Assembly (NCBI GenBank): GCA_016180645.1
Contig: JACPAV010000025.1
Span: 1 to 64,000 of the forward strand
Direction of reading: 5' to 3'
From: Nitrospirota bacterium
Lineage (GTDB): Bacteria; JACPQY01
DNA length: 64,000 nucleotides
Below, piece by piece: positions 63,929 to 64,000 of the stretch. The notes beneath the pieces are model-generated. The model did not search any database. It saw nothing but the letters and a program-made list of their open reading frames with translations, and was not told where the DNA came from. Every line of letters begins with the position of its first letter. Position 1 is the stretch's first letter. The position numbers were made by a program, and so were the translations under genes.

Positions 63929-64000
63929 TGGCGGTAGCGGGAGGGGTCGAACCTCCAGTCCACGTCTTCACGGGACGCCGCCTTTCCACGACGGCGGTTT
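63929..64000 (-). tRNA. 3' part of a tRNA-like gene, truncated by the window edge, identity uncertain
   Basis: T-arm GGAGG-TTCGACC-CCTCC, then CGCTACC-G-CCA. Confidence 0.6.

Noticed and set aside
63929-64000. Firm tRNA-His(GTG) call
   Set aside because: The 5' acceptor strand is missing at the expected position and the discriminator is G, not C.

Overview
GC-rich bacterial accessory DNA, most likely part of a large conjugative plasmid or ICE; no core housekeeping genes are visible. In order it carries: a DnaG-like primase and phage/plasmid-type hypothetical genes; a defence block (type III-like Res and Mod genes with a TcmP + DUF5131 pair between them, plus a TIGR02391-like gene); two paralogous giant Ig-repeat lipoproteins and an FG-GAP lipoprotein; a SLOG/SLOG/DUF488-NADAR cluster; an opposite-strand cassette of beta-propeller lipoproteins; F-type T4SS genes (traE/K/B/V-like); a two-component pair; an AbiE-like toxin-antitoxin pair; two paralogous proteins built on a dead Tn3 transposase segment; and a minus-strand array of at least 16 tRNA or tRNA-like genes that runs off the right edge. 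Three things stand out. (1) Several families of short structured repeats are dispersed through the window: one is repeatedly translated in frame inside proteins, another supplies stop codons and RBS+ATG at gene junctions. (2) A tRNA-Val gene is split by a ~115-nt structured insertion in its D-loop. (3) The tRNA array shows systematic non-canonical T-loops and C33. All family assignments come from motif recognition by eye; no database searches were run.
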